A stretch of DNA of 64,000 nucleotides from Octopus bimaculoides (taxonomy: Eukaryota): the NCBI RefSeq assembly GCF_001194135.2, contig NC_068981.1, positions 136,581,281 to 136,645,280 of the forward strand. Direction: 5' to 3'. This document shows positions 24,613 through 37,991 of this stretch, in pieces. Below the pieces are notes generated by a model that was not told the origin of the DNA, ran no database searches, and was given only the letters and a program-made list of their open reading frames with translations. Numbering within the stretch: position 1 is the first letter of the stretch; each line of letters starts with the position of its first letter. The translations under genes were made by a program, and so were the position numbers.

Positions 24613-25648
24613 GGGGGTTACTTACAGATATATATATGTATATCTTAATGTTTGTTTTTATATTTAATTATAATACAAACAAGTTTACATTAATCTGATG
24701 GGTTACTCTATACTTCTGCAGAGTACAATGATGCTCTTAAACAAGAATATCAGTGACAGTGAGTTTGAAGTTTCGGCTAGTTAAGCCATCATCTTCAAAG
24801 TCATTGTCTGTTTAATATATATAAATACTTTGCTTAGACATAGCAACACTAATAACCTGGTGTGAGGTGTGTGTGGGGTGGGTGTCCTTGTCTCGACACC
24901 ATGGGATTCTTGTAAACGAGTGTCACCTTCATACAAGCAGTGTCTTCCATTTCCAAACATCAGTAAAAACATGTCCAGCTGTTGGAAAATAGCACCCAGT
25001 TGCAGAAAATCTGCCTCAACAAATTCCATCACACCCATGCACGCATGAAAATGTAGGTGTTAAAATGATGATGATGATGATGATGACGATGATGGTGATG
25101 ACAGCATTGGAAAGAAATTCTTGGCAAAGTGAAGTTTAAGAAAGACAGTGAAGCAAGACAATTGCATAAAAGATGCATTTAAGCATGAAAACAACAAAGT
25201 GAAGTTTAAAAAGTCCATTGAAGCAAGACCAGTTTTATTGTTGTACAAACCTGAGTAATTTCTCACACTGGACTGAGAATAGATACTTGTAACAAAGGGA
25301 CACGGTTGATTAAATCACCCACCACCACCACCAGAGAAATGACTGACCGAATTGATCTTCGAATAGGATTTCAACTCAGAACAACATAGTCATCATTGAT
25401 TTTATGTCCTCTCTTCTGTGCTGACATGGACTGAACAAGAATTCTTGAGAAAATGGTTTACAGATGGAAACCTTCCTGATTCCAGATCCTTTTAGTGAGC
25501 ATTAATGACATGCAGGAATACAGTGTAACTATTCTAAAACCTGGGGTAGACAAAGTAACTTGAATACTTTGAGACATTTCTGCTGGTATTCTACACTTTC
25601 GTTCATTCTTCCACCAAATAAACCATGATGATGATGATGATGATGATG

Positions 25649-25705
<57 letters not shown>

Positions 25706-25740
25706 GTAATAATAATAATAATAATAATAATGATGATGAT

Positions 25741-25915
25741 AATGGGAACAGGGAGTAAAAACCTTGAGAAGTACATGGAACAAATAGGGGTTGCAATAAG
25801 GATGGAGCACTGGCAGAAAACAGCACTGCTTCGAACCACTCAGATACTCTGGATGGTGCTTGAAAAATAAGGGGTGTTACCTTAGTTCACTAAATGAGTG
25901 ATGTCAAAATCAAAT
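25741..25915 (+). mobile_element. R4/Dong-clade retrotransposon 3' end
   Basis: MGTGSKNLEKYMEQIGVAIRMEHWQKTALLRTTQILWMVLEK* matches the RLE C-terminus GxLGxVxKxL...LQKxALLGTxxIL; preceded by (AAT)n and ends in AATAAT. Confidence 0.7.
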
Positions 25916-25919
25916 AATA

Positions 25920-26397
25920 ATTACTACTGTGCTAATGAGACTGGAAGTGTTAACAGTGAAAGTGTCACGTACAGCAAGCAAGGAGTATCTGATGAAGCTC
26001 CAGCAGGTTGTCATCAAGCTATTTATCAGGACCAGGATCGAAGTCAAAAGTGCAAAAAGTAAAAAATGAAATGGGAAAAAGAGATAAACAGAATTGTAAT
26101 TGAATGCTGGTTAAGAAGTGAGCCAAGAGGTTTCATGAAAACTGTAAAGGTTGTGCCTACAATAATTGGTTCATTAGGAACAGTGAGAAAAGATATAGGA
26201 CTAAAAGAGATTGGAATACAATATCTTGTAGAGCTTCTACAGAAAGTTTGCCTCTTAGAGACCAGAAAGATTATCAGGAGGGCTCTAAGCACTTGAAAGA
26301 CTATTGAAAGCTAGCGGATACCTAAGGTTACAGGTAGTAACCCACTGCCCTTATAAATCCTACCAGGAATAAGACCAAACCTGAGTCAAATCAATAA
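25920..26397 (+). mobile_element. short internally deleted R4/Dong-like element (N- and C-terminal coding ends fused)
   Basis: One frame from 25934: NETGSVNSESVTYSKQGVSDEAPAGCHQAIYQDQDRSQKCKK*KMKWEKEINRIVIECWLRSEPRGF|MKTVKVVPTIIGSLGTVRKDIGLKEIGIQYLVELLQKVCLLETRKIIRRALST*; flanked by AAT repeats. Confidence 0.65.
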
Positions 26398-26400
26398 TAA

Positions 26401-26766
26401 CAAGAGCACTCAGAGAGCACAAACCTCTACCAAGGCAACACCAACGTCCTCTCAACGATTAACCGAAGTTGATTTTTAAAATGACAATATCTGAAATAAA
26501 CTCGACTGCTCTCACAAACGAGAATACTAAAAATGAACCCGACCACTCTCAGAAAATAAGGAAAAGAAAGCAAAGAAAAATAATCCAGAATCCTTGTCCA
26601 GTACCAGTTCGATCCCAAAATCTAATCAGTTTGTGCTAGTTACGAGGCCAAACATCCCTGAAAGTTTCATCTGAATCCATCAAGCGGTTCTTGAGATACC
26701 TTGTCCATGGACAAACAAACAAACATGACTGAAAACAATACAACCACCTTTGCTAAGGTGGAGGTA
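26401..26766 (+). mobile_element. Helentron-associated (HINE/DINE-1-like) non-autonomous element
   Basis: Subterminal inverted repeat ACCTCTACC..AGG vs AAGGTGGAGGT, 3' hairpin CCTTTGCTAAGG, internal (CAAA)n; second copy at 54470-54784. Confidence 0.55.
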
Positions 26767-26790
26767 ATAATAATAATAATAATAATAATA

Positions 26791-27234
26791 ATTTCTTATA
26801 TATGTACAAGGCCTGATAATTTGAGAGGAGGGGCTTTTCAATAATATTGATTCTAGTGCTTGACTAGTACTTATTTTACTGACTTCAAAAGGGTAAAAGC
26901 AAAGCTGACCTCAGTGGCATTTGAACTCAGAACATAAAGTGTCAGAAGAAATGCTGATAAGCATTTTGTCTGATGTGCTAATGATTCTACCATCTCACTG
27001 CCTTAATAATAATAATATTAATAATAATAATAATAATAATGGTTTCAAATCTTGTCACAAGGACAGCAATTTTGTGGGAGGGGATGAGTCAGTTACATCA
27101 ATCTCAGTGTTCAACTGGTTACTGGATGAAAGATAAAGTAAACCTCGGCGGAATTTGAACTCAGAACATAGCGATAGGCGAAATACCACTAAGCATTTCA
27201 TCCAGCACACTAATGATTCTGCCAGCTCACTGCC

Positions 27235-27236
<2 letters not shown>
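26791..27236 (-). mobile_element. two tandem SINE-B copies separated and flanked by (AAT)n
   Basis: Copies at ~26791-27005 and ~27041-27236. Confidence 0.8.
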
Positions 27237-27299
<63 letters not shown>

Positions 27300-28359
27300 G
27301 GCCTGTCACAGTGAAAAGAGGCTGGACATGTAAATTACAGAGATAATCCATGTGATGGACTTCCACACAGTTTCTGTCTTTCCAGTTTTCACTCACAAGT
27401 CTTGGCTTGACTTGAGGCTTGATGTGAAAATTCCACTGCCATGCAATGGAATTGAACCAGTGATTTTATTACTGCAATGTAAACGTTTTAACCACTGATA
27501 TATTCACTTGGGTTGTAAACAAAATCACTTGCCAATTTAGCACCAACACATCCTGGGAGCCATTAGCAGAGTCCACTCTCTTGCAGGGTTTCAGATAAGT
27601 TTTCCAATCTAGAGTCCTCTCAATATCTTGGTGTGCTGCTTCAGATTACAGCAACATTGGAATATAAGTTCCTTCTTCTTCTCTTCCTTCTATATGTCTC
27701 CAAGGCAGTGAAAAGGATATCAGCACCACCCATTCTTCTCTAGTTAAAACACAAACATTTGTTTTCTATTTTTTTTAAAGAACCACTCAAATTCCACTCA
27801 AAGTTTAATATAGCTGAATGGTAAATGACAGAAAATGCCTTTGGCTGAAAAAACAAAAACAATTTTTGTAACAGTATTAAAATATATAAATTCATAGAAA
27901 TCAATCCTCATGCAAGCTAACATAATTAACACATGTTTGCAAAATTGCAAATGTATAAATACGCATTACAAGGCTTCGGGACGGATTTTTGTAATTGATT
28001 TTCAAATAGGGAATATGTGTTGTATTTGAGTATTGAAATGGGCTGTCATATTTCAATAATGTTCCTGGTCTGTCACATTATATTTCGTAGATTTCTACAC
28101 TTTCATCTGTTGCAGTGACGCTCTGCAAAAGTGATTTATAAAGTGTTCAGTCAACTTTTATCTTAACGTACTGCATTTCATATGGGTTTAGTTAATTGAT
28201 TCTTGATAGAAGCTTCAGGAGACATCAACTTGGACATGCACACTGATATGTATGTGCATATATATATATATGTATGTAGACATTATGTATATACTCATGT
28301 ATGTAAGTGTACATGTATGTTCATGTTTTACATATGTATGTATGTATATATACATATAT

Positions 28360-28390
<31 letters not shown>

Positions 28391-30348
28391 NNNNNNNNNN
28401 NNNNNNNNNNNNNNNNNNNNNNNNNNNNNNNNNNNNNNNNNNNNNNNNNNNNNNNNNNNNNNNNNNNNNNNNNNNNNNNNNNNNNNNNNNTACATACATA
28501 CATACATTTATATATAGATGAACATACATATACATATTTCATATACATCATGGATATGTACATGTGTAAGTGCTTGTGTATAATACTGTGTGTGTGTAGG
28601 TGCAAAACAAGGTGGGGAGAATAGCACTTGAATACCAAAGGTAGAGCAAATATACTGTTTTATTGAAGCTGAAAAACTTCACAAACTATTATTCAACTTT
28701 TCTTGTCACTGATCATTGGAACAGAAATCTGTCTGATAATTTGTTACTTGAAGCAGGCAGTTTGTAATGTTTTTCAGATTCAATAAGCACTTATATGTGT
28801 CTGTGTGTGTGAAATGGTGCATGACTCAGTGGTTAGAATGTCGTGCTCACAATCATGTAGTAGTGAGTTCAATTCCTGGACCCGGCTTTGTGTTTTGACA
28901 TTACTAGTGTCAAGCTCTATTAACCTTTCCCTTTCCTCTGCATAACATCTGTTGTGTGTAGAGGGTAGGCTGGTATGCATGGGTAAGTGCTGGTCTTCCA
29001 TAAACAAATTGGCCCGAAGCAAGAGTGGCTATAGGCGCAGGAGTGGATGTGTGGTAAGTAGCTTCCTTACCAACCACATGGTTCCAGGTTCAGTCCCACT
29101 GCATGGCACCTTAGGCATATTATCAAAAATCTCAACACTACAAGATAAATAATTAGTTGCAAACAATGTGAATAAATATACGTTTGACAGAATAATCCGA
29201 ATGCTAAGGGGTTGAACCGCCAATGGTACATGAGTCAAGTTAACTTGTTAAGGAAGTCAACAAAATCTCAAAATATGCTAGAAAAATGGCACAAATGGAG
29301 CATACCCTCTGTATCATAATATGTTTTGTAACAGTGTAGTTAGAGAAAATAATAAAAGTGCCAAGGCCAGTACAAGGCGCAAAACAATTTTGATTGTTTA
29401 ATGTTTGTAGATGGCACACCCAATGGTGAATAAGCAAAAACATTTAAGAAAATCTCCAATGGTGGTTCATTCAATGCTTTAGTTTGGCTATCATATTTAC
29501 ACATTTTTATGATACAATGCAAAGACTGGTAACTAAATCATTTTACAATATTTGAATACAAACCCAGTCTTAACCATAAACCCAGCAGGATAACACTAAT
29601 ACACCATATTCAAGAAGTGCATATATCCCCACTACACTTAGATCAGTTTTATACACATACATTCACACACACACACACGACAGGCTTATTTCAGTTTCTT
29701 TGCTTCCATCTACCAAATCTACTCACAAGGCTTTTGACCTACCTGAGGCTAAAGTAGAAAATACATACCTAAGGTGCTATGCAGTGGGACTGAACCAGGA
29801 ACCATTTGGTCCAGAAGCAAACTCCTCAACCACTCAGTCACACCTGCACTATGATACAGGAATAAATTTAGAGCTACATTGCGTGTCATCGTCATCATTT
29901 TATACTCACTTTTCTATGACAGTTTATATTGGTTGCGTCTTATCCCATGGAATTCCACCATTGTGGTCCTCTCTCTACCTCACACAAATAACAAGAGAGA
30001 ACATTGCCAATTTTTGGTGTGCAAAGTGTGTATATATACATTTACTAATTTGTTTTGCTAGATTCCTGATGTGACATCGTGTGTTGAAACAAATATTGTT
30101 GTATTTTGTGGAGTGGTCATTTTTTTCTTTGCCATATAAACACTTGCACAATATATATTTTTTCTTCATTTGTTTATTACTGTTCCTATTTTATTATTTT
30201 AACTCATGTCCATTGTCAAAAAATTTCTGGACAATGGTCATAAGTTAAAGTAATTAAATAAAAACAGTAATAAGCAAGTGAAAAAAAATATATAATGTGT
30301 GTTTAGTTGGCAAAAAACAAAAAAAAAACACGGCCATCCCGAAATACA

Positions 30349-30388
<40 letters not shown>

Positions 30389-30393
30389 ACACA

Positions 30394-30729
30394 CTCTTTT
30401 ACTTGTTTCAGTCATTTGACTGCGGCCATGCTGGAGCACCACCTTTATTCAAGCAAATCGACCCTGGGACTTATTCTTTGTAAGCCTAGTACTTATGCTA
30501 TTGGTCTCTTTTGCCGAACCGCTAAGTGACGGGGACATAAACACACTAGCATCGGTTATCAAGCAATGCTAGGGGTACAAACACAGACACACAAACACAC
30601 ACACACACATACATATACATATATGCGACGGGCTTCTTTCAGTTTCCGTCTACCAAATCCACTCACAAGACTTTGGTTGGCCTGAAGTTATAGCAGAAGA
30701 CACTTGCCCAAGATGCCATGCAGTGGGAC
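30394..30729 (-). mobile_element. SINE family A (5' truncated)
   Basis: Reverse complement of the family A body and tail. Confidence 0.8.
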
Positions 30730-30774
30730 AGGATGAAAAAAAAAAAAAACTCCTCCTAGAGTCACATAAACTCA

Positions 30775-31008
30775 TCAGGCCAGTTTCCTGGATTCTGTAG
30801 GGCATATATTCTCCACCTGGATGGGATGCCGATCCATCGCAGGATCTTTGCCAGCTGAGCAGACTGGAAGAAGATGAAATGTAGTGTTTTGTTCAAGATC
30901 ACACTGCACCACCCAGTCCAGGAATCAAAACGATGATCCAATGTGTCCAATCACAACCTTACAATCATAAGTCCAACACCTTAATCACTAAGCTATGCAC
31001 CTCCACTT
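30775..31008 (-). mobile_element. SINE family E
   Basis: Reverse complement colinear with 48012-48270. Confidence 0.7.
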
Positions 31009-31204
31009 TACACAATATCCCTTTGTGTTGTAAAAGGTATTTAAATGGGTTGGTGCAAGAGAGTGGAATTTGACCATAATACATGATCTCGAAATGTCCA
31101 CTCCGACTCTAGTGAGCATGAAACAATGGGCTTACAAATGATGATGATGATGCTGATTAGAAAATCTGATTGTATGTTTGAGAACCAGGTAGAATCTTGT
31201 ATAT

Positions 31205-32313
31205 TTAACCCTTTGGTTACCATATACCTGTTAAAATACTCAACCTTTGTTTCAATTAATTTTGGAAGTAATCTTTAACCTTTTACTTGTTTTAGTCATT
31301 AGACCGTGACCATGCCTTGCAAAAGTTTTAGTTGAATGAAACAACACCAGTACTTAAATTTTTTGCTAAACCTGGTACTTATTCTATCAACCTCTTTTGC
31401 TGAACTGCTAAGTTACAGGGATATAAACACACCAACACCAGTTCTCAACCAGAGGTGGGGGAACAAACACAGACACACACACATATATATATGTATGTAC
31501 ACCCCTAAAAAGTTTCAGCAAAATTGCCATTACTTTGATAAAATTGAAGGAAATCAAACGAAATTTATACTGAATAAAATATATTATACATGCAAACATC
31601 ATACAAGTTTGGAATACAAAACAATAAACATTTTCAAAGATATGAACGAAATATTAATTTTCAAACGATACAAAAATATGTACACACTAAAGCATTATTT
31701 GCTATATTCAATACTTGGTTTGGTTGCCCTTGCTTTCAATGACTGCATTAAGTCTTCTGTGCATAGAGTTGACTAAATTTCTGCATTTAACCGATAAAAT
31801 CGATTTCTATTCATCCTGAAGGATATCTTTCAACTGTATGGGATTTTTTCTCCTCAACCTTCTTTTTCAAAACACTCCACAGATGTTTTATTGGGTTTAA
31901 ATCAGGTGACATGGTAGGCCAAGGTAATACCTTTATCTTTTTACCTGATAAAAACTTAGTCGTCATCTCTGAAGTGGTGTCATTATCACGTTGGAACATG
32001 GAGTGTCTGCCTAGTTCCTTGATGCTTTTCAACATTATTTTCTGCAATATGTCACAATAAAGCCTTGAGTCCATTGTTCTCTCATTAAATGCGAGAGCTC
32101 ACACACCAGCTGCATTCATGCATCCCCAAAGCATAACACTTTTGCCACCGTGTTTCACGGTAGCCACAGTGCATTTGTTGCTGTTATCTTCATCTGGTCA
32201 TCGCCATATTCGTTCAATACCATCTGATCCAAACAAGTTGATTTTAGTCTTGTCAAAAAAAAAAAAAGAATTTTATTCCAAAACTCCAAATAGACAGGCA
32301 GACAGACAGACAA

Positions 32314-32350
<37 letters not shown>

Positions 32351-32710
32351 AAGATATGTATAGATATGTATAGATATGTATAGATAATGATGGGCTTCTT
32401 CCAGTCTCTGTCTACCAAATCCATTCACAAGGCTTTGGTCAGCCCAAGGCTATAGTAGAAGACACTTGCCCAAGGTGCCACACAATGGGACTGAACCCAG
32501 AACAATGTGGTTAGGGAGCAAGCTTCTTACCACACAGCCACACCTAGGCCTGTAATGAAGAATTTAGTAAAATAATTTTTTCATTATGAAGGTGCTGTTT
32601 GAAACATGAATGGACATAAAATTTTGATCATAGTTCTATGATACAAACAGAAACTTTCAATCGTAGAACTAGGGTTGGTCCTGTCCAGGATGATATCAAA
32701 AGGGGCTTAA
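31205..32710. mobile_element. piggyBac-type MITE (second family) split by SINE-A plus Tc1
   Basis: TTAACCCTTT at 31205 and AGGGGCTTAA at 32701-32710; the halves join at a duplicated TAAT (31269-72 / 32553-56); an intact opposite-strand copy lies at 45450-45701. Confidence 0.6.
31500..32290 (-). mobile_element. Tc1 transposon 3' half with the DDE-domain relic
   Basis: FWNKILF..DKTKINLFGSDG...TVKHGGKSVMLWGCM...MDSRLYCDILQ...FQRDND...WPTMSPDLNPIKHLW; two stops, catalytic E changed to K; TA at 31498-99. Confidence 0.9.
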
Positions 32711-33254
32711 AATTATCTAAAAAAAAAAAAAAATACATAACAGAATAATAAACAAAATTAAGAAATATAAACTAAATAAATAAATGAAATTGTGAAAGAT
32801 TTGCTGTCGGATAAATACACTGGGAAATTTGATAATAAGAAGAGGCAACAAGGTAAGTGCAATGAAGAGATGGCTTGAGATACCCAAAGTGAAATCAATG
32901 AAAATGTCTGTAGTATTTATAGAATGGTCACTTACAAGAGAACAATTAAATTGTACTTTTGTAGATAATAGGCTATAGAAATCAATAGATCTTAGTCATT
33001 GTTGTTACTGTTTGCTAGTGATGATGTTGTTATTGTTGGTCGTACTGTTATGGTTTGTTTGTTTATGGTGGTGGTGTTGGTGGCTGTAAAGTGTAGCGTG
33101 TTGGGTTGGAGTGGTGGAATAGTGCTGTGGAGTAATGGAATGTGATAGAATTGCTAGCAGTACCACATGGAGGATTTCCACAGTGATACAATCAGGAGAG
33201 TTATGGCTTCATGTAAAGTGTCCTAAACAACAACAACAACAACAACACCACACA

Positions 33255-33631
33255 TAGGTGCAGGGATAGTTGTGTGATTAAGAAGCTCACTTTGCAACCG
33301 TATGGTTTTGGGTTCAATCCCACTGTGCAGCACCTTGGGCAAGTGTCTTCTACTGTAGCTGAAGCTGCCTTGTGAATGAATCTGGAATTGGATAGATGGA
33401 AACTGTGAAAGCTCATCATGTGACTTTGTATGTATCTTTTTATCTGTGTTTGTCTCCACACCACCATTGCTTGATAACTGGCATTAGTTTGTCTACATCC
33501 TCATAACTTAGCAGTTCGATAAAAGAGACCAACAGAACAAGTACCAAACTTTAAAAATTAAGTCCTGGGGTCAATTTGTTCAACTAAAGCCTTTGAGTAT
33601 GACCACAGTCCAATGACCGAAACAAGTAAAA
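33255..33631 (+). mobile_element. SINE family A, diverged
   Basis: Colinear with the family A consensus; another copy at 34128-34412. Confidence 0.7.
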
Positions 33632-34904
33632 TATGCGCAATATGGAAACGTAATAATATCTATGAAAACTAAAGAATTTTCCAGTATCTTGGACCATCAT
33701 GAAACTATTGCATCAAGGACTGGAACCACACATAGTCTAACCAATGTTTTGGTGTCATGATGTCTACCACTGTTCACTTGTAATGAAATGCCATTTCGTA
33801 GAGGGTGACTGTAGAGACGGACAAATTGGATTTGATTGATTTTCTTCTGATTATATTTGGCCAGCAAACACTGACTAGCTTTGAAATTCTTGTTACAAAT
33901 ATGTTGATGTGTGAAGCAGTGATAAGTCTCATCAAATGATCAGCCTATTTATAAAGTAATTATTCATCATATGCAGAAGTTCGATGTAATTATATCATAC
34001 ACAGAAGTGTAATGTTATAGTCACCATTTGCAATAGTGTGTTTTAATTATACACTCACTGTACACAGCAGTGTGATATCATCACATTATATGCACTAGTG
34101 TGATATAATATAATTATTCACCAGTCAGGTACAGGCGTGGGTGTGTGGTAAGAAGTTTGCTTACTGACCACATGATTTTAGGTTCCGACTCACTGTGTGG
34201 AATTTTGGGTGTTTTCTATTATAGCTTTGGGTACACCAAACCTTTATGAGTGGATTTCACAGATGGAAACTGAAAGAAGCCCATCATGTGTGTGTGTCTT
34301 TGTGGCTGTGTTTGCCCACCACCACTTGACAGCTGGTGTTGGTGTGTTTACGTCCCTGTAACTCAGTGGTTTGGCAAAAAAAATCTGATAGAATAAGTAC
34401 CAGGTTTAAAAAATTGTACAACAGGGATTGTAAGACAAATAATTTGAAAAGAGCCAATTTTGTGTTGTGATTGAATTTGCCAATGCATTTCTGTGTCCAG
34501 ATTTCCATCATTTTGTACAGAGCTTCTGCGGTAGATGAAAGAATCAACAACCCCAAAAGATCAGAACTTAACTGCAACACTTGGTGGCCCAAATCAGACA
34601 TGCATACTATGTGGGTGTCTTTTCAATACGTTGTCTGGGTTTTAAAAGTACAAGAAGTGGTCAGACTATACATAACATGAAGACAACCACCATATATACA
34701 CTGTAGTTTGCTATACAGAATAGTGTGTGATATCATCATGTTATACACAATAGTGTGTTGCAATTGCATCATATTCTTCAGAGTGATCTCATCACAGAAT
34801 AGTGAATGTGGGGCCTTGTGAGAGTGGTGGTGGTTAAAAAGCTTCTTTCAGTACTTAGTAGCGAGTGTAACTTAGTAGCAAGTACTAAAAAAGGGTAAAG
34901 AACC

Positions 34905-35144
34905 CCATTTCCTTTGGTCATGAACGACTATGGGATTGCACCTAGAAAATTGCCCTCCGAGGTACAAGCCCAGGCAAGGTTGTTTCTGGAAGACCAGCAA
35001 CTGTCTATGCATACCAGCCCCCCCACCACCACCACCACCACCACCACTCTCCATGCCACCGATGTTATCTAAGGAAATGGCAAAGGCCAATACAGCTTGG
35101 CACCAGTGACATCACAACTCATTTCTACAGGTGAGTTGAACTGG
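34905..35144 (-). mobile_element. SINE, family E-related subfamily (runs into a gap)
   Basis: GGAAGACCAGCA..CTATGCATACCAGCC is complementary to GGCTGGTATGCATGGG..GCTGGTCTTCC at ~28968; shares the CAG.TGAGT.GAACTGG head domain. Confidence 0.55.
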
Positions 35145-35750
35145 NNNNNNNNNNNNNNNNNNNNNNNNNNNNNNNNNNNNNNNNNNNNNNNNNNNNNNNN
35201 NNNNNNNNNNNNNNNNNNNNNNNNNNNNNNNNNNNNNNNNNNNNNNNNNNNNNNNNNNNNNNNNNNNNNNNNNNNNNNNNNNNNNNNNNNNNNNNNNNNN
35301 NNNNNNNNNNNNNNNNNNNNNNNNNNNNNNNNNNNNNNNNNNNNNNNNNNNNNNNNNNNNNNNNNNNNNNNNNNNNNNNNNNNNNNNNNNNNNNNNNNNN
35401 NNNNNNNNNNNNNNNNNNNNNNNNNNNNNNNNNNNNNNNNNNNNNNNNNNNNNNNNNNNNNNNNNNNNNNNNNNNNNNNNNNNNNNNNNNNNNNNNNNNN
35501 NNNNNNNNNNNNNNNNNNNNNNNNNNNNNNNNNNNNNNNNNNNNNNNNNNNNNNNNNNNNNNNNNNNNNNNNNNNNNNNNNNNNNNNNNNNNNNNNNNNN
35601 NNNNNNNNNNNNNNNNNNNNNNNNNNNNNNNNNNNNNNNNNNNNNNNNNNNNNNNNNNNNNNNNNNNNNNNNNNNNNNNNNNNNNNNNNNNNNNNNNNNN
35701 NNNNNNNNNNNNNNNNNNNNNNNNNNNNNNNNNNNNNNNNNNNNNNNNNN
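35145..35750. other. largest assembly gap (606 N); others at 11257-11276, 21537-21621, 23709-23755, 28391-28490, 38862-38961, 55307-55546, 63372-63381
   Basis: N runs; most abut microsatellites or young repeats. Confidence 0.99.
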
Positions 35751-36556
35751 ATACCCTGCAACTGTAAACACCATATACTAAGCACCACACATACTATACA
35801 GAAGCACCACACACCATACAGAACAGCACCACATGTGATACACTGCATTGTACCCCCTTATTACTACATAATGCAATATCATACACTACAGTATCACAAA
35901 CCATACATTGCAACATCTTATACAACATAATGCAATATCATATTGTAACACAACATACACTCTCAGACATACACACACAGCCATATAACCATAAACATTA
36001 TTATCACACAGCATTCTACATTGTTATATCACACACATACAGACACACACACGCACACATGCATACATGGTGTAGCCAACATGATTATGCAACTGCAATA
36101 GACAATCAACTGAGAATTCAGGCAGCTGAGAGAATAAGATAAGGAATAACTAGCCAAGAGGTCGATAACCAATTCATATCCCTTAATGGGCAAGACATTA
36201 ATGAAATGACCCAGTCCAACTAAATGAAAAAGTAGGGTGGCTGCAGGGTAAGTATTATAAAATAGACAGTGTTGAGTTGTCATTCTTGTTGTTGTTGTTG
36301 TCATTGGTGTTATCATTATTGTTGTTGTTGTTGTTGTTTGGTCTCAGGTTAGATCTAGCAGAGCAGATCTACGATCAAAGATGTTTATGTTGTAAACATT
36401 ACCATCTTTCTTTTGCAGGCAGAGTTTAATCCAAGATCACATTATCTAATGTGTCCTCTCTTCTCTTGAGAATAGTTGAGGCATTGATTTGAGAGAAACT
36501 TCGCTGCTATTTCTAGCAGTTTGAGCAACCACATAGAGACTCCCCCATTGACACAC

Positions 36557-36780
36557 ACCCTGTAGCATTTAGACCGGCCATATCTAGCCAAAATATTCCA
36601 TTTGTTTTGTGTTCAAACTGACCAGATCCAACCTCTCACACCTATCCTACAATGTTGTTCTAAAAATATGTGATTGCATCTTCAAAATCTCAAAGTTATG
36701 GGGAAATCATGATTAATTAGAAGCAGTGTGATTAAATAAGCATTACATTTGATAGAGTAATCTGAATATTAAAAGGTTAA
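36557..36780 (+). mobile_element. piggyBac-type MITE family D
   Basis: Colinear with 63590-63818; ends AAAAGGTTAA. Confidence 0.7.
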
Positions 36781-37365
36781 TGTTCGTTTTTCTTTTCTTC
36801 CTGTAAAAATATCTTGCTAAAGAAAAACTTTTACTCACTCAAATTATTCATTAAATCAGTGTAAAAATTAATATTCTCATCCGCACATATTTAAACTGTA
36901 CACTGTGTGAATGTCTTGTGCACTTTCTTTTGTCTGACAAAATGCAGGAGAAGAGACGCAAGAACCAACTTCTTATGGGAAAAACTTTTCTCCACCACCA
37001 CTGTCACAGCCACCACCACCACCACCACCACCACCACATCCATATCTGCATCTATCTTTCTTTTTCTCCCTCTTAGAAGATTCCTATCTCAACAAGAAAA
37101 GGACGACTTTTGACCTTAATTGGCATTAAGTGAAGAAGAGAGAAATTAAAAGTTCAAGATGTTTTCTCAAAGAGTTGTAAACCAACAGGAAGTGAAGAAG
37201 GACTACTCTTAAATGTTACAGTGGGTCGGTACTGAAGGACTGAAGGAAATAACCAGTTTTATTGTTTCATTTATTTATTTATTTATTTCTATAGCTTCTG
37301 ATAGTAAACTGAAGGAAACAAACCGAGTTTTTACAACACTAATAATTATAATAATCCTTTCTACT

Positions 37366-37576
37366 GGAAGCACAAGGCCTCAAATTTCGGGGAAAGGATT
37401 AAGTCGACTACATCAACTCCAGTGCGTAACTGGTATTTATTTAATTAACCCCGAAAGGATGAAAGGCAAAGTTAGTTGACCCTGGTGGAATTTGAACTCA
37501 GAATGTAGTGACAGGCGAAACACTGCTAAGCATTTCATCCAGCATGCTAACGATTCAGCCAACTTGCTGCCTTAAT
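37366..37576 (-). mobile_element. SINE family B
   Basis: Family B reverse complement between AAT runs. Confidence 0.8.
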
Positions 37577-37610
37577 AATACTGTGGCCATGCTGGAGCAC
37601 CGCCTTTTAG

Positions 37611-37895
37611 TTGAGTATTGAGACCACTAATATGTGGCAGCTACAAGAGTTGAACATAAAGGTTATCCCTATTGTCATTGGAGCATTGGGTTCAATACCA
37701 CCCAATCTGAAAAACTTAGAGATACCCTACAATCTAGATGTATTGCAAAAGTCGACATTACTTGGAACAGCACACATATTGCATAAAATACTGTCTGTCT
37801 GAGGTTCTTGTTGTGAATTGACAAACAGTACAAATCCTTGGTAGACACAACAGCGTCAGTCAACACCCTCACAATATTGTATACTTTGCAACATC

Positions 37896-37897
<2 letters not shown>
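37611..37897 (+). mobile_element. R4/Dong-clade retrotransposon 3' end
   Basis: LSIETTNMWQLQELNIKVIPIVIGALGSIPPNLKNLEIPYNLDVLQKSTLLGTAHILHKILSV*, ~95-bp 3'UTR, then a long (TAA)n. Confidence 0.8.
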
Positions 37898-37931
<34 letters not shown>

Positions 37932-37932
37932 C

Positions 37933-37991
<59 letters not shown>

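Noticed and set aside
33720-33930. ~80-codon start-less minus-strand open frame
   Set aside because: No recognisable motif or consistent splice pair; this length can arise by chance in 64 kb. Similar candidates at 23177-23380, 27480-27750 and 41690-41850 were also left unassigned.
35069-35930. Longest ORFs in the track (220-277 aa)
   Set aside because: They run through the 606-N gap. The same applies to ORFs spanning the other gaps.
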